A DNA stretch of 64,000 nt from Vulcanimicrobiota bacterium. Its GTDB lineage: Bacteria > Vulcanimicrobiota > Vulcanimicrobiia > Vulcanimicrobiales > Vulcanimicrobiaceae. The position numbers and the translations under genes were made by a program. The notes beneath the pieces are model-generated. The model was not told where the DNA came from. It made no database searches and was given only the letters and a program-made list of their open reading frames with translations. Numbering within the stretch: the stretch's first letter is position 1; each line of letters opens with the position of its first letter. Of the stretch, positions 58,191 to 64,000 are shown piece by piece. The stretch is from assembly GCA_963812155.1 (NCBI GenBank), contig CAWETW010000003.1, positions 352,001 through 416,000 on the forward strand. Direction: 5' to 3'.

Positions 58191-58271
58191 CCGTCCTTCG
58201 ACTGCGGGCTCCTTCGACGCGCTCGCTGCGCGAACTCCACTCAGGATGACATGCCTCCGCTCGGGATAACA
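58191..58271 (-). repeat. Palindromic element copy 3 (inverted), with duplicated ends
   Basis: Minus strand: TGTTATCCCGAGCGGAGGCA-TGTCATCCTGAGTGGA-GTTCGC-GCA-GCGAGC-GCGTCGAAGG-AGCCC-GCAGTCGAAGGACGG. Confidence 0.85.
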
Positions 58272-58348
58272 TGGTTGTTCAACACGGCTACGCCGCTCGA
58301 GTACTGCCCGCGGAGATGGCGCTCACAGCGACGAAGCACAGTGGGTCT

Positions 58349-60829
58349 ATGGAAAGCGAGGGGCGCCACAGCATCTCTTTGGATTTTGGACGCCTGTTGC
58401 GGCGACTTCGCTTAGGGGCGGGGCTTTCACAGGAGGCGCTTGCGGAACGGGCGCGGATGAGTACCACCGGAGTCGGTGCGCTGGAACGCGGCTATCGCCG
58501 AAATCCCCAACGCGAGACGATCGCGCTTTTGTCCGAGGCATTGGCGCTGAACGACGACCAGCTACGGGAGTTCGAGGCGGTGGCGCGCTCGGGAGCATCG
58601 CGACGCGTCGGCGGCGGCTCGCGCGCCGCTGAATCCGTCTGCGACACCACACGGTCGAATCTTCCGCGGCCGCTAACCAGTTTTTTTGGCCGCGACGACG
58701 ACGTGGCCAGCGTCAAAGATTCGTTGAAGAGCCACCGCCTGGTCACGCTCACCGGGTCCGCAGGCGTCGGAAAGACGCGCCTTGCCATTCACGTCGGCGA
58801 GGAACTTCTCGATCGATATCTTGACGGCGTATGGTTTGCGGATTTCGCTACAATAAGCGATCCGGAGCTCGTCGCGAGCGTCGCCGCTCAAGCCGTCGGG
58901 ATGAGCCAAAAGGAAGAACGTCGCGTCGATGAGGCGATTGCACAATGGCTTCGACGCAAGAACGTGTTGCTGATCTTCGACAACTGCGAGCACGTTTGGG
59001 AGGTGGCGGCGGCGCTCGCACACACAATTTTGACGGCGGCGCAGGACGTCCGCATTTTAGCGACGTCGCGTCGACGCCTTTACGTCGGCGGAGAAACGGT
59101 TTATCGGCTACCGTCACTCGCCGTTCCCCAAGAATCATCCCGCTTGACGAGCGACCTCGCGCTGCGCTACAGCGCCGTAGCGCTGTTCGCAGATCGCGCC
59201 AAAGCCGCCGACGCAGCTTTTGCGCTCGATGACGAAAGCGCACCAATCATTTCGAAGATCTGCCGGCGGCTCGACGGCATTCCACTCGCGATCGAACTCG
59301 CAGCCGCGCGCGTCACGGTGCTATCGATTCCTAACCTCGCGCAGCGGCTCAACGAACGCTTCGGGCTTCTCACCAGCGGAAGCCGTCTCGCGCTTCCGCG
59401 GCAACAGACGCTCTTGGCATTAATCGACTGGAGCTTCGAGTTGCTTGAACCGAAAGAACAATTATTTTTTGCTCGTTTAGGCATTCTTGCCGGCGGTTTC
59501 GATATCGATACCGCTGCGTCGGTGTGCGCAGGCGACGCTCTCGAGGAACCCTCCGTCCTCGAGCTACTCGTATCGCTGGTCGACAAATCACTCATCGTTG
59601 CCGATACGACCGGCGAACGGGAGCGCTTCCGGCTTCTCGAATCGACAGCGGCGTACGCGCTGGAGAAACTGAAGGCGTTGGGCGAATACGAACGCTTGGC
59701 ACGCCGTCACGCCGAGTATTTTCGTAACCAGGCCACGATTGCCGACGAAAAATACGGCTCGGACTCAACGATCGGGTGGGTTAAGGCCGCCAAACTCGAA
59801 CTTGACAATTATAGAGCCGCGTTGGAGTGGACGTTAACGCGAGAGAACGATGCCGTGGTGGGCGGCGCAATTGCGGGCGCGTTGGGATGGCTTTGGTGGC
59901 AAGCTGCTCTGGGAGTCGAAGGCCGTTACTGGATTGAACTCGCTCTCGCGCGCGTCGGCAAAGACGATCACCCGGCAATCGTGGCGAGCCTCTGGATGGC
60001 GTCGAGCCTGCTTACCAATGGGAAGCGCAAATACGAGGCGGCTCAGAAGGCCGTAGCGCTGTATGAGGCATCATGTAATCTGCAAGGTACCGCTCGTGCG
60101 CGCCGATTTATTGGTTGGTCGTTGTATCATATGGGGCGCTTCGATGAGGCGCGCGAGGAGATCGATCGGGCGGCCGGCGCGTCGTTGTCGTGCGGGGACG
60201 AGTCGAGCGCGGCATACTGTCTCCTCCTGATGGGTCTTATCGAGATGAGCCGAGGCGACTTTGCGACCGGACGCACGCTATTCAATCAGGGAATAGCCAA
60301 GCTCAATGCGCTTGGGGACGAACTCGGCAGTTCCATTGCATTGGGCAACATGGCGGAACTGGAATTTGCATCGGACGATCCGATGCAAGCCTTGCGGTAT
60401 GCCAACCAGGCACTCGCCATCGTCGCGACGGGGAGGACGCTAGCGCTGACGGCCATGTGGCATGCCAACAGTGCGATTTATCGCGTCGCCGTCGGCGATT
60501 TGGCTGGAGCAACCGAGTCGGCGCGCTCGGCGGTGGAGCTGGCTCAGCCCGAACAAGACAATCTATCCGTGGCTACTGCCCTTCAACACCTTGCCCTACT
60601 CGCATCGCTCGCCGGCGATAAACGACGCGCAGCTCAGGTGCTAGGCTACGTGAATAAGCAATACGACCGGTTTGGTATCACACGCGGGCATACGGAGCAA
60701 TGGGGCTACACGAAGCTCGTGACGGCGTTGCGCGAGGAGTTGATGGATGATGAGATCGCGGAACGTGCAATCGAAGGCGGATCTTGGACGGAAGATCGAG
60801 CGGTCGAAGAGGCGCTAAAAGAGCAATAG
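58349..60829 (+). CDS. XRE-HTH + STAND (NB-ARC-like) ATPase + TPR regulator
   Basis: FGRLLRRLR..LSQEALAERA; NLPRPLTSFFGR, GSAGVGKT, LIFDNCEH, LDGIPLAIELAAAR; TPRs. Confidence 0.9.
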   Translation: MESEGRHSISLDFGRLLRRLRLGAGLSQEALAERARMSTTGVGALERGYRRNPQRETIALLSEALALNDDQLREFEAVARSGASRRVGGGSRAAESVCDTTRSNLPRPLTSFFGRDDDVASVKDSLKSHRLVTLTGSAGVGKTRLAIHVGEELLDRYLDGVWFADFATISDPELVASVAAQAVGMSQKEERRVDEAIAQWLRRKNVLLIFDNCEHVWEVAAALAHTILTAAQDVRILATSRRRLYVGGETVYRLPSLAVPQESSRLTSDLALRYSAVALFADRAKAADAAFALDDESAPIISKICRRLDGIPLAIELAAARVTVLSIPNLAQRLNERFGLLTSGSRLALPRQQTLLALIDWSFELLEPKEQLFFARLGILAGGFDIDTAASVCAGDALEEPSVLELLVSLVDKSLIVADTTGERERFRLLESTAAYALEKLKALGEYERLARRHAEYFRNQATIADEKYGSDSTIGWVKAAKLELDNYRAALEWTLTRENDAVVGGAIAGALGWLWWQAALGVEGRYWIELALARVGKDDHPAIVASLWMASSLLTNGKRKYEAAQKAVALYEASCNLQGTARARRFIGWSLYHMGRFDEAREEIDRAAGASLSCGDESSAAYCLLLMGLIEMSRGDFATGRTLFNQGIAKLNALGDELGSSIALGNMAELEFASDDPMQALRYANQALAIVATGRTLALTAMWHANSAIYRVAVGDLAGATESARSAVELAQPEQDNLSVATALQHLALLASLAGDKRRAAQVLGYVNKQYDRFGITRGHTEQWGYTKLVTALREELMDDEIAERAIEGGSWTEDRAVEEALKEQ

Positions 60830-60837
60830 GAGAGCGC

Positions 60838-62431
60838 CTAGAGCGAGACCCGTTTGAAATCGCGCAGCAGCGCGGCGACGTAGGCGAGGAAACGCGCGGC
60901 GCCGGCGCCGTCGATGACGCGATGATCGTAACTGACGCTGATCGGCAGCATGAGGCGCGGAACGAACTCGCTGCCGTTCCATACCGGTTTCATCGACGTT
61001 CTCACCGCGCCAAGTATCGCGACTTCGGGGGCGTTGACGATTTGCGTGAAGGCGGTGCCGCCGATGCCGCCGATCGACGAGATCGTAAACGTTCCGCCCT
61101 GCATGTCGCCCAAGCCCAGTTTGCCGTCGCGCGCTTTTGCCGCGAGTTCCGACGTCTCGGGCGGCGATTTCGAGCAAGCCCTTCGAGTCGGCGCCCTTGA
61201 GAACCGGAACGACCAGGCCGTTCGGCGTGTCGGCGGCGAAGCCGATGTTGTAGTAGCGCTTGTAGACGAGTTCGTCGCCGTCGAGCGATGCGTTGAACTC
61301 GGGAAAGCGCTGCAGCGCGGCGACCGACACCTTGATGAGGAACGCCAGCATCGTGAGTTTGGCGCCGCCCGCGTTTGCTTTGTTCCGCGTTGATTTCGTT
61401 GCGGAACGCTTCGAGATCGGTGACGTCGGCTTCGTCGTAGTTCGTGATGTGCGGAATCTGCAGCCAGTTGCGATGCAGGTTCGGTCCGGAGAGCTTCTTG
61501 ATGCGCGGCAGCGGCTTGCGTTCGATCTCACCGAACTGCGCGAAGTCGACCTTCGGCCACGCGGGAAGGCCCGCAAACGTGGCCGCCGCTCGACGGCTCG
61601 CTGCGCGCAGCGCGCTCTTCACGAAACCCTGCACGTCTTCGCGCGTGATCCGGCCGTGCGGGCCGCTGCCGCGCAGACCGGCGAGATTCACGCCGAGTTC
61701 GCGCGCGAAACGCCGGATCGCCGGGCTCGCATGCACGCCGCCGGCTGCCGCAACCGGTTCGGGCGAAGCGGAGGGCGTAGCCGCTGAGGAAGGTTGCGGT
61801 TGCGCCGGCTTCGTTTGTGGCTGCGATTGCGCCGCGGAAGCAGCGGGGGCCGTTTCCGCTTTAGCGTCCGCCGCTGGTTTGCAGCGTTGCGATGACGCTG
61901 CCGTGCGACACTTTGTCGCCGGGTTTGACGCTGACGGTCTGCGATCGTCCCGGCGGCCGACGCCGGCACTTCCATCGACGCCTTCTCGCTCTCGAGCACC
62001 GCGAGCGGCGCTTCCTTGACGATCGTCTGCCCGGGCTTGACGAGCACTTCGACGACCGGCACGTCTTTGAAATCGCCGATGTCGGGCACGACGAGATCGA
62101 TCGTCGTGCCACCCGCGCTCGCGGCAGATTCCGGCGGTGCAGGCGCCGGCGACGCCGCCGGTTTTTCGTCGCGTGCGGCACTCGCGTCGCCGTTCGCAGC
62201 GATCGTGAGCAGCACGGTTCCTTCCGAGACCTTGTCGCCGACTCGTACCTTCACGTCGCGTACCGTCCCGGACGCCGTCGAAGGCACTTCCATCGACGCC
62301 TTTTCGCTCTCGAGCACGACGAGCGGCGCTTCTTTGGAGACGCTTTGCCCCGGCTTGACCAGCACTTCAACCACCGGAACGTCTTTGAAATCGCCGATAT
62401 CGGGAACGCTGACGTCGATCGTCCGGCTCAT
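60838..62431 (-). CDS. aceF: Pyruvate dehydrogenase E2 with two lipoyl domains (about 4 frameshifts)
   Basis: Two [18 protein letters not shown] domains, [22 protein letters not shown]. Confidence 0.93.
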
Positions 62432-62441
62432 TGCACGCTCC

Positions 62442-64000
62442 TCATACGGTGATCGGATTGGGCTTGTTCGGATCGATGGCGTATTTCTTCAGCGCTTTGC
62501 TCACGGTTGCCGGCGGGACGGTTCCTTCGTCGGCCAGCGACTTGAGCGCGGCAATCGCCACGAAATGGCGATTCACTTCGAAGAACTCGCGCAGCTTGCG
62601 CCGGTAGTCGCTGCGGCCGTAGCCGTCGGTGCCGAGCGTCGCGTAACGCGCGGCCGACGAACGGGCGAATCTGCTCGGCGAACGTGTGGATGTAGTCGGT
62701 GGCCGCGATGCCGGGGCCGCTTCGCCCTTGCAGCGACTCTTCGACGAACGAACGGCGCGGCGTCTCTTGCGGATGCAGCATGTTCCAGCGGCGCGTTGCC
62801 ACGCCGTCGCGCTGCAACTCGTTGAAACTGGTGACGCTCCAAACGTCGCTGCGAACGTGCCAGTCGTTTTCGAGCAACTCGGCACCCGCGAGCACTTCGC
62901 GCAGGATTGCGCCCGAACCGAAAAGCTGCACGCGCGGCTCGTTCTTGGCGCTTACGCCGCCGTCGCGCAGCAGATACATGCCGCGCAGAATTCCGTCGCG
63001 CGCGCCTTCGGGCATCGGCGGGATGCGGATAGTTCTCGTTGAGCAGCGTGATGTAGTAGTAGACGTCTTCCTGATCGGCGAGCATGCGCCGCAGGCCGTC
63101 TTGCACGATCGTCGCGACTTCGTAACCGTAGGTCGGATCGTAGCTGCGGCAGTTGGGAATGAACGACGCGACGACTTGGCTGCTGCCGTCTTCGTGCTGC
63201 AGTCCCTCGCCGTTGAGCGTCGTGCGCCCCGACGTCGCGCCGAGCAGAAACCCGCGCGTGCGGCTGTCGCCCGCAGCCCACGCGAGATCGCCGATGCGTT
63301 GGAATCCGAACATCGAGTAGAAGATGTAGAACGGAATCATCGGCAGGTCGTGATTCGAATACGACGTTCCCGCGGCGATCCACGACGAGAACGCACCGGC
63401 TTCGTTGATGCCCTCTTGCAGGATCTGACCGAGCTTGTCTTCGCGATACCACATGAGCTGTTCGGCGTCTTGCGGATGGTAGAGCTGGCCGACCGACGAG
63501 TAGATGCCGAGTTGCCGGAACATGCCTTCCATGCCGAAGGTACGCGACTCGTCGGCCACGATCGGAACGACGCGCGCGCCGACCGTCTGATCGCGCACGA
63601 TCGTGTTGAGAATGCGCACGAACGACATCGTCGTCGAGATCTCGCGATCGCCGGTGCCGGCCGTCTGCGCTTCGAACGCGGAGAGTTCCGGCACCGCCAG
63701 CGAGGCCGACGTGCGGCGGCGCTGCGGCACGCGACCGAGCGCCTTCACGCGTTCGCGCAGGTACGCCATTTCGGCGCTGTCTTCGGCGGGGCGGTAAAAC
63801 GGAATCTTCTCGATGTCGGCGTCGCTGACCGGAATGTTGAAGCGATCGCGGAACGCCCGCATCGCTTCGACTTCCATTTTCTTGGCTTGATGCGCGATGT
63901 TGCGCGCTTCGCCGGCTTCGCCCATGCCGTATCCCTTGATCGTTTTTGCCAGGACGACCGTAGGCTGGCCGCGATGTTCGAACGCGCGCTTGTACGCCGC
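62442..64000 (-). CDS. aceE: Homodimeric pyruvate dehydrogenase E1 (5' part outside the window; about 2 frameshifts)
   Basis: DESRTFGMEG, EGINEAG, YSMFGFQRIGD, GRTTLNGEGLQHEDG, LGTDGYGRSD. Confidence 0.95.

Noticed and set aside
61960..62420. Direct repeat suggesting a duplication or mobile element
   Set aside because: Explained by the two lipoyl domains of AceF

Overview
GC-rich bacterial chromosome segment with about 60 genes. The gene families (GloVer-type repeat protein, 'WMxPxA..LLYVS' propeller lipoprotein, multiple secreted phosphoesterases, SARP/XRE-STAND-TPR regulators) suggest Eremiobacterota/WPS-2; this is inference, not a database result. Contents: a partner-switching stress-signalling locus, stress/DNA-repair genes (topoisomerase IB, UdgX, Prim-PolC/LigC, hemerythrin), prfC, three phosphoesterases, a glycolipid synthase with a di-iron hydroxylase, egtD, an osmoprotectant ABC transporter, ppk1, bolA-grx-sulfurtransferase, an arylsulfatase, rnd-acnA and aceE-aceF. 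No rRNA, tRNA, CRISPR array, transposase or integrase is recognisable. Frameshifts cluster in patches, including acnA and aceEF, and most likely reflect long-read/polishing error. The best candidates for undescribed biology are: (1) a three-gene SARP-STAND module whose two small target genes share an identical promoter geometry (GCAC direct repeat at 11-bp pitch, GGCACGCC-7nt-TAnnnT-6nt-start); (2) a ~200-nt highly base-paired intergenic element at 52.23-52.43 kb that matches no ncRNA I recognise; (3) a dispersed GTCATCCTGAG...GTCGAAGGAC element with a covarying GNA-triloop hairpin, two copies of which bracket a TMEM175 gene in inverted orientation.
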